A stretch of DNA of 64,000 bases from Prasinococcaceae sp. CCMP 1430 (lineage: Eukaryota; Plantae; Prasinodermophyta), in the NCBI GenBank assembly GCA_013416795.1, contig RQSC01000020.1, positions 414,735 to 478,734 on the forward strand. The letters are read 5' to 3'. Both the position numbers and the translations under genes were made by a program. Numbering within the stretch: position 1 is the stretch's first letter; the number at the start of each line of letters is the position of its first letter. Shown one piece after another: positions 19,827 through 31,941 of this stretch. The notes beneath the pieces are model-generated. The model saw nothing but the letters and a program-made list of their open reading frames with translations, ran no database searches and was not told the DNA's origin.

Positions 19827-20927
19827 CTACTGGCGGCGCTTGAGGAAGCTAGGGATGTCCACGCCGCCAAAGCCGCCACGCGGCTCCGGCTGCGGCACCG
19901 ACACGTTCCCCCCCTGCGGCGCCGCGGGCACAGCGCTGTCGCCATAGACGCCCGCGGCGCCGGCCTGCACGCCGTACGCGGCGGCGCCCAGCGTGGCCGC
20001 GTCGACCGGCGAGCCCTCGCCGAAGCCGGTGGCGATAAGCGTGATCGCCACCTCGTTGTCCATGTCCTCATCGACCACGGCGCCGAAGATGAGGTTGGCG
20101 TTGGGGTCGACAAGCTCGTAGATGATCTCGGCAGCCTCGTTGACCTCGTGCAGGCTGAGGTCGGAGCCGCCGGTGATGTTCCAGACGATGCCCGTGGCGC
20201 GCTCGATGCCCACGTCGAGGAGCGGGCTCGAGATGGCCGCGATGGCCGCGTCCCTGGCGCGGCTCTTGCCGCTGCCCAGGCCGATGCCCATGAGGCTCGA
20301 GCCCGCGTCGGCCATCACCGCCCTCACGTCGGCGAAGTCGACGTTGACGAGGCCGGGGACGGTGATGATGTCCGAGATGCCGCGCACTCCCTGGCGCAGG
20401 ATGTCGTCCGCGTACTTGAATGCCTCCTTGACGGGCGTGTTCTGCGCGACGGTGGTGAGGAGCCGATCGTTGGGGATGACAATGAGCGTGTCGACGGCGG
20501 CGCGCAGCGCCTGCATAGCGTCCATGGCCTGCGTGGAGCGCCGCCGGCCCTCGAAGGAGAAGGGCGTGGTGACGATGCCCACGGTGAGCACGCCCATCGC
20601 CTTGGCCGTCGCCGCGACCACCGGCGCGGCGCCCGAGCCCGTGCCGCCGCCCATGCCCGCCGTGACGAACACCATGTCCGCGCCGGCCACCGCCTGCTCG
20701 ATCAGCTGTTGGCTCTCCACCGCCGCACGGCTGCCAATCTCCGGGTTGCCGCCCGCGCCAAGCCCGCGCGTGAGCTGCTCGCCGATCTGGATGCGGTTTT
20801 CTGCCACCAAGGGGCTCTCGTCGAGCGCCTGCGCGTCCGTGTTCACCACCCAGAACTCGATGTTGCTGATGTCGCTGGCGAGCATGCGGTTCACCGCGTT
20901 GCTGCCGCCGCCGCCCACGCCGATAAC
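19827..20927 (-). CDS. FtsZ2: Plastid division protein FtsZ2; main exon only, 5' exon and transit peptide absent
   Basis: [60 protein letters not shown], and C-terminal core motif [10 protein letters not shown] (FtsZ2-type). Exon preceded by a ctgac branch point and cag acceptor. Confidence 0.95.
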   Translation of the reverse strand, partial: VIGVGGGGSNAVNRMLASDISNIEFWVVNTDAQALDESPLVAENRIQIGEQLTRGLGAGGNPEIGSRAAVESQQLIEQAVAGADMVFVTAGMGGGTGSGAAPVVAATAKAMGVLTVGIVTTPFSFEGRRRSTQAMDAMQALRAAVDTLIVIPNDRLLTTVAQNTPVKEAFKYADDILRQGVRGISDIITVPGLVNVDFADVRAVMADAGSSLMGIGLGSGKSRARDAAIAAISSPLLDVGIERATGIVWNITGGSDLSLHEVNEAAEIIYELVDPNANLIFGAVVDEDMDNEVAITLIATGFGEGSPVDAATLGAAAYGVQAGAAGVYGDSAVPAAPQGGNVSVPQPEPRGGFGGVDIPSFLKRRQ

Positions 20928-20959
20928 CTGCGCAGGCGCGGCGCGGCGGACGTCAGCGC

Positions 20960-21559
20960 CTCGGCGCGCTGCGCGCGCATCATTTCGTCGCACGCGATAT
21001 TGGATGCGAGGCCCGCCGCCCACACCGCCGCACCGAAGGCGAACTCGCGGCTCGTAAGGTGGCCCTGCGCGTACTCGGCGTGGGCGCCCAGCCATGCGCC
21101 GTTGATGAACGCATTCATGGTGTTGAAGGCAGCGGCCAGCACCGCGACGAGCATGGGCATCGTGGGCGTTTGCGGCCCCTGCGCGAGCGTAGGCCAGCCG
21201 TACGCCCGCACGGGGTAAATGAAGGATCGGTAGGTGTAGTGCACGAGCCAGAGCACCGCGAGCACGCTGCGCGTATCGGCGAACGCGAATGCTGCGTCGC
21301 CCGCCGACGCACAGTACACCCATAGGAACCACCACACGCTCACGGCCTCCATCACCATCCATCCCAGCGCTGCAGACATGCGCGGTCCCCACGCTGCCGC
21401 CGCCGTGTCGTGCCTGCCGTACGGCGCCTTGACGAGCGCCGTGGCGACAGCCGTGACGCACGCGGCGGCGACCTCGCACGAGATGGCACGCTCCACGAAG
21501 GCTGCGCTCGTCGCGCGGGCCGCCACCGCCGCGTGAGCCGAGCGCAGCGCCCCCTGCAT
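20960..21559 (-). CDS. Steroid 5-alpha-reductase (DET2/SRD5A-like), truncated at the C-terminus
   Basis: [59 protein letters not shown]. The conserved YxIPxGG..PNYFGE..EW half is missing. Confidence 0.85.
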
Positions 21560-21640
21560 CGCGACCGCACTGGCAGCGCGCACCACGCACGAACTAGGCC
21601 GGAAGGACGGGGGGAGGGCAAAACGGTTGGAGGCCCGGGG

Positions 21641-22553
21641 NNNNNNNNNNNNNNNNNNNNNNNNNNNNNNNNNNNNNNNNNNNNNNNNNNNNNNNNNNNN
21701 NNNNNNNNNNNNNNNNNNNNNNNNNNNNNNNNNNNNNNNNNNNNNNNNNNNNNNNNNNNNNNNNNNNNNNNNNNNNNNNNNNNNNNNNNNNNNNNNNNNN
21801 NNNNNNNNNNNNNNNNNNNNNNNNNNNNNNNNNNNNNNNNNNNNNNNNNNNNNNNNNNNNNNNNNNNNNNNNNNNNNNNNNNNNNNNNNNNNNNNNNNNN
21901 NNNNNNNNNNNNNNNNNNNNNNNNNNNNNNNNNNNNNNNNNNNNNNNNNNNNNNNNNNNNNNNNNNNNNNNNNNNNNNNNNNNNNNNNNNNNNNNNNNNN
22001 NNNNNNNNNNNNNNNNNNNNNNNNNNNNNNNNNNNNNNNNNNNNNNNNNNNNNNNNNNNNNNNNNNNNNNNNNNNNNNNNNNNNNNNNNNNNNNNNNNNN
22101 NNNNNNNNNNNNNNNNNNNNNNNNNNNNNNNNNNNNNNNNNNNNNNNNNNNNNNNNNNNNNNNNNNNNNNNNNNNNNNNNNNNNNNNNNNNNNNNNNNNN
22201 NNNNNNNNNNNNNNNNNNNNNNNNNNNNNNNNNNNNNNNNNNNNNNNNNNNNNNNNNNNNNNNNNNNNNNNNNNNNNNNNNNNNNNNNNNNNNNNNNNNN
22301 NNNNNNNNNNNNNNNNNNNNNNNNNNNNNNNNNNNNNNNNNNNNNNNNNNNNNNNNNNNNNNNNNNNNNNNNNNNNNNNNNNNNNNNNNNNNNNNNNNNN
22401 NNNNNNNNNNNNNNNNNNNNNNNNNNNNNNNNNNNNNNNNNNNNNNNNNNNNNNNNNNNNNNNNNNNNNNNNNNNNNNNNNNNNNNNNNNNNNNNNNNNN
22501 NNNNNNNNNNNNNNNNNNNNNNNNNNNNNNNNNNNNNNNNNNNNNNNNNNNNN
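21641..22553. other. Assembly gap
   Basis: N run. Confidence 1.
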
Positions 22554-22610
<57 letters not shown>

Positions 22611-22687
22611 GCACGCACACACGCGCACACGCGCGCGCTGCGTGGCGTGAGCGCTCGCTGACCCGCGGCGGGGGGCGGGGGCCGCAG

Positions 22688-22940
22688 CGGCGTCACATGA
22701 CTGCGCCACTCAGTGCCCCACCTCCCTCACCTCCTCCTCCGCCTCCGTCCCCTCGACGGCGCTCTCCGCGACTGCCGAGGCCGCCGTCGAGGCGCTGCAC
22801 GATGCCGTGACGCGGTACTACCGCGGCGCCGCCAAGGTGGACGCTCTCGTCGGTGAGGATGCCATGCACCCGGACTTCACGCTGGTACGCGCGAGGGATT
22901 GGGCGTGCGGGCGCGCGCGCGCGTGTGTGTGCGTGCGTGC

Positions 22941-22977
<37 letters not shown>

Positions 22978-22993
22978 CGTGTGCGTGTGTGTG

Positions 22994-23034
<41 letters not shown>

Positions 23035-23715
23035 GTGTGTGTGTGTGTGTGTGTGCGCGCGCGCGCGCACGCGCGCGCCTGCGCGTGTGCGCACACGTGC
23101 ACGCGCATGCGCGTGAGTGTGCGCCGCGTGTCAGCACACACACACACCCGCCCTGACGCCGCGCGCGGCACCGCGCAGGTTCTCCCCGCGGACGCCGACC
23201 CGTCGGGGCGCCTCGTGTCCGCCGCGGAGGCCCGCGAGATGTTCGCGCCCGGCGGCAGGGCGCCGCGCCCCGACCAGTCGTTCAGCACGCGAGCCACAGG
23301 TGCGTGTGTGTGCGCGCACACACACACGCACACACGCACGCACGCACGCACGCGCACACGCACGAGGGGTTCTCTCGCACACGTGCGACAGCACTCGTAC
23401 ACGCACGCGCACGCGTGCACCAACGTGCACACGTGTGCACACGCGCTCACACGCGCGCACTTACGCATGCGCACAAACCGCGCGCGCGCGCGCGCGCGCG
23501 CGCGCGCGCACAAACTCACACACATGCGCCGGCGCAGACGTGCGCGTCGTGGCCGCGACCGAGGGCGCGCTGGTGGCGACCTTCGTCGAGGAGCAGCGCG
23601 CGGGCGCGCGCGGCGCGCGGCGGCGAGGCGGCGCACGACGGCGGTCTTCGTGCCGCGCGCGGGCGGCGGCGGCGGCTACGTGCTCAGGCACATGCACGAG
23701 AGCGCCGTCACATGA
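22688..23715 (+). CDS. NTF2/SnoaL-like (DUF4440 / sucrose-phosphatase C-terminal-like) domain protein; 5' end in gap; 3 visible exons
   Basis: Spliced EALHDAVTRYYRG..MHPDFTL|VLP..G..|DVRVVAATEGALVATFVEEQ..RRTTAVF..YVLRHMHES*. Confidence 0.65.
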
Positions 23716-23828
23716 CACACAAACATACACAAACACGCACACACGCGCGCGCGCGCGCGCGCGCGCGCGCGCACGCGGGCGCGAATTGCAACCTTATCGC
23801 CACGTGCTACGCCCACGCCCGCGCGCGC

Positions 23829-24386
23829 TCACGCCTTGGCGAGCTTGTCGATGGCCGCCTTGTCGGGCATGGCCAGCATGAAGTCCCACAGGCCCGCCAC
23901 GTCCTCGGCGCGCGTTGACACCGCGGCGACGCCGCGCTGGGCGCTCCACTTGCACAGGAGGCGCCTGGCGAGGATGCGTGGGCGTAAGTGTGTGTGTGTG
24001 TGTGCGTGTGCGCGCGCGCGCGCGGCGTCAGCGGAACGCTCTCTCGCCTGCACGCGCCCCGAGACAGATACGCGTGCTGGTGCACATGCGCATACACACG
24101 AGCGCGCGCGCGCACACACACGCCCACGCGCGCACACACCTGGCGTCCACCCCGTTGAAGCGCTCGGCGACCTCTGCGACCTCCGGCAGCTCGGCGTCCG
24201 CGTCGGTGCCGTCCTCGCCGAGCGGCGCCGTCGAGAGCAGCGCGAGGCCGTGGCGGCGGCAGAGGCCGCACAGGCGCCGCCGCGCGGCGCGCGCGCACAG
24301 CGGCGCCGCAAAGAGCGCCGGCGCGTGGAGGGAGGAAGAGGACGCGCACGCGCCCATCAGCTGCGGGGGCGGGCGCGCGGGCGGTG

Positions 24387-24444
<58 letters not shown>

Positions 24445-25650
24445 AAGTGGGAGCGTTAGCGATCCGTGAGTGACATGCGTGGGTGGGTGTGCGCGTGCGT
24501 GCGTGTGCGCGCGTGTGCGCAAGCGCCTGCGACCGCGCGTACCTCCGCGAGCGCCGCCTCGTCGATGTCGGACACGCCGAGCGCGCCGCACAGCCCCTCG
24601 TCGAGTAGCGCGCTGGCGCCCGCCCAGTGCGCGCTCGACGCCGCGGCGCCAGCCACCACCACCGCGTCCACGCGCGCCACGCTGCCGCCCAACGCCTTCA
24701 GCGCGGCGCGCGCGCACGCCACAACGGCCTCGCCGCCGCGCGCAAGCTCCTCCGACCCCGGCGCGAGCGCCAGCGCCACGAAGGCCTCGGCGGGTGCCGC
24801 GGCGAGCGCGGCGGCGGCCGACGAGTCGGCAGCGGAGACGTACACCAGAAAGGGGGCGCCTGGGGAGGACGCGGAGAGGGCGCGCACGGCATCGGCAGTA
24901 GCGCCCTGTATGCGTGTGTGTGCGCGTGCGTCAGCGCTTCCCGGACGCCTGCACGTCGCGCCATTCTCTCTCTCTCTCTCTCTCTCCCTCTCTCTCTCTG
25001 TCGTCCCGTCCGTTCGCGCACACATATGCACGCGGCCGCACGCACGTCCACACACGCGCACGCACGTACACACGCGCACGCTCGCACGCGCACACACACG
25101 CACGCGGCCTGGCGCGTCACGTACGCCCTCCCCTCCAACGCGCAGCCCGCTGAGCGGCATCCTGGCGCCCCCCGTGAGCGCCACGTTGCGCGTGCTCTTG
25201 TCGGCGCCGCGGTAGTCCTCGTGGGCGTGGTCGTACGTGGGCAGGCCCTTGCCCGTCGCGCCGGGGCCGTACCAAGTGCCGCTCGCGTACGGCTTGTCGG
25301 GACGCGCGTTGCCCTCCACGCCAGGCTGTGTGTGCGTATGCGTGTGCGTGTGTGTGTGTGTGTGTACAAGCGCTCGTGCGTGTGCACGAGCGCGTGGCGT
25401 GTGAGCGGACAGGGGAGAGGAGGTGTCTGCTCGCGAGGCGCGCGCGCGCACGCGCGCGCGCACACGCATGACGCGCGCGCACCTGCGCCCTGGGCGTCGG
25501 CTTTCCCTTGGCGGCGCGCGCCGCGGCGCCCTCTGGCGGCTGCCCGCCCTCGAGCGACGCGCAGTAGAGCTGGCCCTGCCCCGGCAGGTAGTGGTACATC
25601 GAGCGCAGCAGCTCGCCCTCGTTGAGCCGCTGGTTGCCGTCGGACGCCAT
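23829..25650 (-). CDS. Divergent aldo-keto-reductase-fold protein with N-terminal extension; 5 exons
   Basis: VALTGGARMPLSGL, HWAGASALLDEGLCGALGVSDI, LCRRHGLALLSTAPLG, PEVAEVAERF, LLCKWSAQRGVAAV. Catalytic residues not recognised. Confidence 0.65.
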
Positions 25651-26347
25651 CGCTTCGGCGGCGGTGGCCGGAGGGGGGCGCGGGCGCCTGGCGCGGTGTG
25701 GCCGCCGCCACACACGCGCACGCCAGCGCACGTCCGCGCGCGCACACACACACACGCACACACGCACACGCACACGCACGCAGCGCGCGCACGGACGCGC
25801 ACGCACACGTGGCGAGTGCGCGCGCGCGCGCGCCCCTCCCGAAACCCTCACCTCCCATCGGGTGCATTTTCATGTGCACTGTAAACCCTTCTTGTCTTAA
25901 GCCCTAATCGCGCGCGCCGCGGCGCGCCGCGCGGGCGGCAGAGGTGGGCTGGGGTCGACGTGTGCGTGTGTGCGTGCGTGTGTGTGTGTGTGAGTGTGTG
26001 TGTGTGTGTCTGTGTGTGTGTCTGCGCCCGCGTGCGTGTGTGTGTGCGTGTGTGTGTGTGTGTGTGTGCCTGTGTGTGTGCGTGTGTGCCTGTGCGTGTG
26101 TGCGCGCGCGCGTGTGTGTGGGTGTGGGTGGGTGCGTGTGTGTGCGTGTGCGTGTGTGTGCACGTGTGTGCGTGAACCCCATGATTGTCGTGTGAGGTGT
26201 GTGGTGGTGTGTGTGTGCGCGCACTCGCTCTCGCTCTCTCTGGCGTGCGCTGGCTGTGTGTGCGCGCGCGGTGCCACAGCTCCCGCTCCCTCGCCCGCGC
26301 TCGCGCGCGCGCTGCGAGCGAGCGCGATGGCTGCGGCGGCGGCGGCG

Positions 26348-26485
26348 NNNNNNNNNNNNNNNNNNNNNNNNNNNNNNNNNNNNNNNNNNNNNNNNNNNNN
26401 NNNNNNNNNNNNNNNNNNNNNNNNNNNNNNNNNNNNNNNNNNNNNNNNNNNNNNNNNNNNNNNNNNNNNNNNNNNNNNNNNNNNN
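26348..26485. other. Assembly gap
   Basis: N run. Confidence 1.
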
Positions 26486-26680
26486 GGGGGGGGTCGTATG
26501 TGCGCGGGGGAGGGCGGTGTGCCCCGCGTGCGCGTGCTCGTGAACCCGCAAGTGCGTGCGTGCATGGGTGCTTGCGCCGCGATCGCGTGGGAGCTCTGCG
26601 CACGCGCGCACGCCCTGACGCCCTCCATCCTATCTCCCCACGCACACACACTCGCACGCGCGCGCGCATGCACACACGCG

Positions 26681-26721
<41 letters not shown>

Positions 26722-26730
26722 ACACACCAG

Positions 26731-26881
26731 GCCGAGATGGAGCTTGACTCGTCCGAGTGGGAGCTCCTCCGCGCGGGCAACCCCGGCGTGCCGAGCGTCC
26801 CCGAGTGGCTGTGCTCGCGCCTCCCCGCGGGCGCGAGCGTCGGCTTCGACCCGTCGGTGCACTCGCAGGTGCGTATTTGTG

Positions 26882-26933
<52 letters not shown>

Positions 26934-29058
26934 CGCGCGCGCGCGCGCGCGCGCGCATGTTTGCGCGTGCGCCTACGTCCGTGTGCGCGTGCGCACACAC
27001 GCGAGCATTCGCACACACGCACACGCATACGCGCACGCGCACCCACACGCGCGCAAGATCACAGGGATGCACGCGAACGCGTGCACAGGCCCGCAGGCGC
27101 GCACGCCGACAACTGACCCACGCGCGCTCGTGCAGGCGGACGCCGAGGGCCTTCGCGCGTCGCTCGCTGGCGCGGGCATCGGCCTCGTGGCGCTCGCGGA
27201 CAACCCCGTGGACGGCGTGTGGGGCGCGGCGCGGCCCGCGGCGCCCGCGTCCGCCTCGGCGGCGCAAACGCCAAGCAGCGCAAGCGCTCGCCAACGCGGG
27301 CGCGCCCGCGCGCGACAAGCTGCGCGCGCTCGCGCGCGAGTGCGGCGCGCAGGGCGCCGACGCGCTCGTGCTCAGCGCTCTCGACGAGGTCGCGTGGGCG
27401 CTCAACCTGCGCGGGGCCGACGTGCCGCACTGCCCCGTCGTGCTCGCGTACGCCATCGTGCGCGCAGACGCAAGCGCAGGAGACAACGCCGGCGCGTACG
27501 TGCGCGCACGCGCGCGTGCGCACGTGTGTGCTTGCGTGCGTGCGCTCTCGCGTGCTCGCGTGCTCGCGCGTGCGCGTGTGCGCGTGTGACCTGACCCGCA
27601 CACACCACGGACACCAACGCACGCAGCGACGAGGGGACGCCCGCCGCGACGCTGTACGTCGACGAGGCCAAGCTGGGCGACGAGGTGCGTGCGCACCTGG
27701 AGGCGTCGGGCGTGGCGGTGCGGCCGTACGCGACGGCGTGCGGCGACCTGCGCGACCTGGCGCGCTCGGGCGCGCGCGCGTGGCTGGACCCGTCGACGGC
27801 GTCGGCGGCGCTCTTCGCCGCCGCCGAGGCGGGCGCCGCCGCGCGCGCGGGTGCGGCGTTCGCGCGCGCCAAGAAGGCGAGGGGCAACGTGGGCTACGAG
27901 AGCAAGGAAGGAGCCGAGGCGGCCGCAGCCGAGGAGGCCGTGCTGCGCGCCCCCTCCCCCGTGGCGCTCGCCAAGGCGCTGAAGAACGACGCGGAGCTCG
28001 CCGGCATGCACGCGTGCCACGCGCGCGACGGTGCGGCCGTCGTGCGCTTCCTGTCCTGGCTGCAGGGCGCCGTCGACGCCGGCGAGGCGCTCGACGAGTG
28101 CTCGGTGGCCGACGTCCTCGAGGGCTTCCGCGCCAAGGACCCGCTCTTCCGCAGCCTCTCTTTCGACACCATCGCCGGCGCTGGACCCAACGGCGCCATC
28201 ATCCACTACCGGGCCGAGCCGTCCAGCTGCCGCGGCCTGCGCGCGGGCGAGCTCTTCCTGCTGGACAGCGGCGCGCAGTACGAGGACGGCACGACGGACG
28301 TCACGCGCACGGTGCAAGTGGGCAGCGGCGCGGCGGATCCCTTCCACTCGGCGTGCTTCACCGCGGTTCTCAAGGGCAACATCGCGCTCGACTCCGCTAT
28401 CTTCCCCGAGGGCACGCCGGGCTTCGCGCTGGACTCGTTCGCGCGGCAGGCGCTGTGGCGCGCGGGGTTGGACTACCGCCACGGCACGGGCCACGGCGTG
28501 GGCGCCGCACTGAACGTGCATGAGGGCCCTCAGTCCATCTCGCCGCGCTGGGGCAACACCACGCCGCTGCAGAGCGGCATGGTGCTCTCTAACGAGCCCG
28601 GCTACTATGGTGCGAGCGCGCGCAAATCCCCCCCCCTCCCCCCCGGCTCATATGCGCAGCAGCACTCGCCTGCCGACGCTAACGGTACGCGCGTGCGCGC
28701 ACACACACACATAGAGGACGGGAGCTTTGGCATCCGCATCGAGAATCTGCTCGTGGTCCGCGAGGCGAAGACGGAGCACAATTTCGGCGGCAAGACCTAC
28801 CTGGGCTTTGAGCGCCTCACGCACATTCCCATTCAGAAGGCGCTCATCGACGTGGCCTTGCTCACGACCGAGGAGGCCGACTGGGTGGACGCTTACCACG
28901 CCGACGTGTACGCACTCATCGCGCCGCTGCTCGAGGACGACGAGGAGGACGCGAGCGCGCTGGCCTTCCTGAAGGAGGCCACCGCGCCGCTCGATCGCGA
29001 GGGTCAAGGGAGCGCCATCCGCGGCGCGCCCGCGCTCGTCGGCGCCGCACGGGAGTAA
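26731..29058 (+). CDS. Xaa-Pro aminopeptidase P (M24B); 5' exons unresolved; apparent frameshift near 27250-27290
   Basis: LDEVAWALNLRG, KALKNDAELAGM..CHARDGAAV, SFDTIAGAGPNGAIIHY, LLDSGAQYEDGTTDVTRT, HGTGHGVGAALNVHEGP, SNEPGYY|EDGSFGIRIENL. Confidence 0.93.
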
Positions 29059-29152
29059 TTTTTTGTCGCTGGCCGCACGCACGCACGCGCGCGCGCGCGC
29101 GCGCGCGCGTGAGTCTACCTATGTACAGTATTAAGAGAGCGGGCGCGCGCAG

Positions 29153-31941
29153 CTACGTGCTTTGGGGCGCGGACGCACGCCGCGCGCCACGCTTCCTGGG
29201 TGGCTCCCGCGCGTCCTTCGCGCGCGGGCGGCCGCGGGGCCTTGCGGCGAGGCCCGCGTGCTCGCGCACGGCGCGCGCTCCGTGCTTCTGCAGCGCCCAA
29301 ACCAGGTCGCTGCGGCCCATGGCGAGCAGCACGGCGCGGCTCGGCATGAAGAACGTGTGCTCATGCGCGTCTCCGTCGCACTCGCCGGTACCGTCGTCAC
29401 CGCCAAGGCCAGCTGCGTTCGCATACACGCCGCGGTCCTCGAGCCGTTGGTGCTCGCTGCTGGTGGCCACTACTCGCATCTCGGTGGCAACCGCAGCGAT
29501 GTCGTCCCAGCGCCCGGCACGCACGCCCCGGCCGCGCGAGGAGGGCACGCGCGCGCGTGCGCGCGCGCGCGCGCGCTCTTGCGCGCGCGCGCTGCGCTCG
29601 GCCGCGATGGAAGCGCTCTCGAGGCGCGGCGCGCGTCGCAGCCCGAGGGCGGCGGCGACGACGCGAGTGCCGCCCAGGCGCTTGATGCCGGAGAGTAGGC
29701 GCACCTCCCCCGCGGCCTCGAGCGCCGCCACCGTAGGCATGACGCCGTCGGCGGCGAAACTTTCAGCGTTGCGCGCAGCGAAGGCGTCGAGGGCGTCGGA
29801 CACCTCTGCAAGCAGCGACTCGCCGTCCGCGCGCGCGAGCTCGGCCTCGACGTTGTCGCCGATGAGGGTGCGCGCCTGCGAGGGGGGGTCCTCTTCGAGC
29901 TCGGCGTAGTAACCCGCCGCATCGCTCGCGTAGCGAATGTGCGTCACCTGGTGCGCGCGCGTCAGCGAGCGAGCGCACGCGCGCGCGCGCGCGCGCGCGC
30001 GCAAGCACGTAGGCACGCACCGTTTCCTCGCTCAGCTCTTGCTCCGATGGCGCGCGCGCGCGCGCAGTGCCCTCGGCAGCCGCGTTGGCATGCGCGCGCG
30101 CCAGCTCCGCCTGACCACGCCCCGCGAGCCCACCAACCACGCGGCCGATCTTGAGCGCAAATCGCGTGTAGTGGCCGTGCAGGCCGATCGCGTGGTCGAG
30201 ATCCCAGCGCCGCGCTTTCAGCACGTCGCGTCGCCGCGGCATGTGCCGAACTGACTCGTCAGCCGTACCCGCAGCCATCACGTCCTCGGTGAGGTCCTCA
30301 TCGTTCACCACCGCACCGGTGAGCGTGTGTCTCCACATCGGCGCCTCCGCAGCGCCGAAAGGGAGGAACTCCTCCCAATGGTCCGCCATGAATAGCCCGA
30401 TCTCGTAGTCTAGCGTCTCAGGGTCGTCCCAGTACCCGTCCTCCACGCGCCCAACGCGCATGCCAAGCGCTGCTGCGACGTCGGCGAAGCCGCCGGCGTC
30501 GTCGATCTGATCCACAAGGTCATGCCTGCCCGCGCGCTCGAGTGCGGAGCGGCTGGGCATGCGCCCAAGGGCGCTCGAAGCGCTGCGCTGGCCGGAGGGG
30601 AGCGCGCCGTCCTCGGAGTCGGCATCCTGTTCGCTCGCTGCCTTCGTGTCGCCGGCTGTCGCCTCATCACCACCGCCCTCCTCGTGGTGCCCCCGCTGCC
30701 TCTTGGCGTCGCGTCGCCGTCGCTTGCGGAACTGCGAGGCGACGAAGCGCTCGAGCTCCACCATGAGCTGCATCATGTCGTCCTCGCCACTGTAAAGTTC
30801 GAGGAGGCCCTCCGGCGGCGCCACGTGCAGCTGTCGGGCGTCCGTGTCCACCACGGGCACAATGTCATCCACAAGCGGGAGATAGAAGCTCGACGGAGGA
30901 CGCGCGCCCTCAGGCGTAGACTCGTACAGCGACTCGCTACCGGCTTGGTCGTCACTGCAGGGGTCGCTCCCGATTCGCAGCAGAAACGCCGTCGCGCTCT
31001 GCTCCAGCACCTCCTCGACCACACCCAGGCGCACACCGTCTACGTGGTGAAGCACCTGCGCACGCAGCAACCATTCCTCTGCTGGTCAGCTCTCAGACGC
31101 GCGCCCGAGGCGCGCATTCGCTCGCGCCTTCGCGCCCGCGCGGCCACGAACGCCCACACGCACCTCCCACCCTTGTAGCTCCTCAACCGGCACGGAAACG
31201 CTCTTGTGCGCTCGGGCCTCGCCCCGCACTCCGGCATCGCCGGCGCCGGCGTCATCCGCGTCCGCGTCCTGAGCGCGCCGCGGGCACGTGCGCGCGAGCG
31301 AGCTTGTGTCAGAGCGAGGCGGCGCGCGCGAGGAGCATTCGTGCCGGCGGCGGGGCGCGTTCCGGCGCGAATCGCACCTCGAACTCCTCGTCCAGGTCGT
31401 CCATGAACGGGTTGAAATACAACCTGTAGCCAGCGGCGCCCTCGCCCTCGACGTCCACGGGCGGCGACGCCTCCGGCAGGATGCCAAGCTCGCCGTCGCT
31501 TCCCCACTCGCTCTCGTAGTCGGTCTCGCTCTCATACTCGTCGCCGCTGCCGCTCGGGCCGGCAGCGGAGGAGCGCTCGCGCGCGCTCGCGCGCGCCCCT
31601 GTCTCGGCCGCGCGCAGCGCCTCGGCTGCGGCCGCCGCGTTGCGCTCCGCCTCCTCGAGCGCCGCCTCGAGGTCCATGGAGAAGCGCGCCAGCTCGTCCA
31701 TGTCATCAGAAGCGGCATCCTTTGCGGAGGCGCGGGGGCGTGTCAGAGCAAGAGTTGACGACGCTGGCCTTGGAGCGAGCGCGGGTGCGCGCGCGTGCGG
31801 GCGAGCTTGAGCGCACCTCGTCGTCGTCCTCCACGAACCCGGTCAAGGGGTCGAAGCGAACGGTCTCGTCGACGCCATCGTCGTCTTCGCCGCCGCCGTC
31901 CGAGCCACGGCTCGCGCGCGCGCGCGGAGGCGCGCGTCGCC
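29153..31941 (-). CDS. RimM-like PRC-barrel protein with an acidic N-terminus and four C-terminal helical repeats; start unresolved
   Basis: PVEELQGWEV|..DGVRLGVVEEVL..FYLPLVDDIVPVVDTDARQLHVAPPEGLLEL resembles the RimM C-terminal barrel; MP..L..GR.DL..I...GG repeats at about 30560, 30242, 29740 and 29347. Confidence 0.65.

Noticed and set aside
19827-21559. Genuine DET2-FtsZ fusion protein via a 32-nt GC-AG intron
   Set aside because: It would need a non-canonical tiny intron, lacks the catalytic half of the reductase, and has no plastid transit peptide. An assembly deletion is more parsimonious.
5772-21559. Sterol/steroid biosynthetic gene cluster (EBP-like + DET2-like)
   Set aside because: The genes are 14 kb apart and separated by unrelated housekeeping genes; no other pathway genes are nearby.
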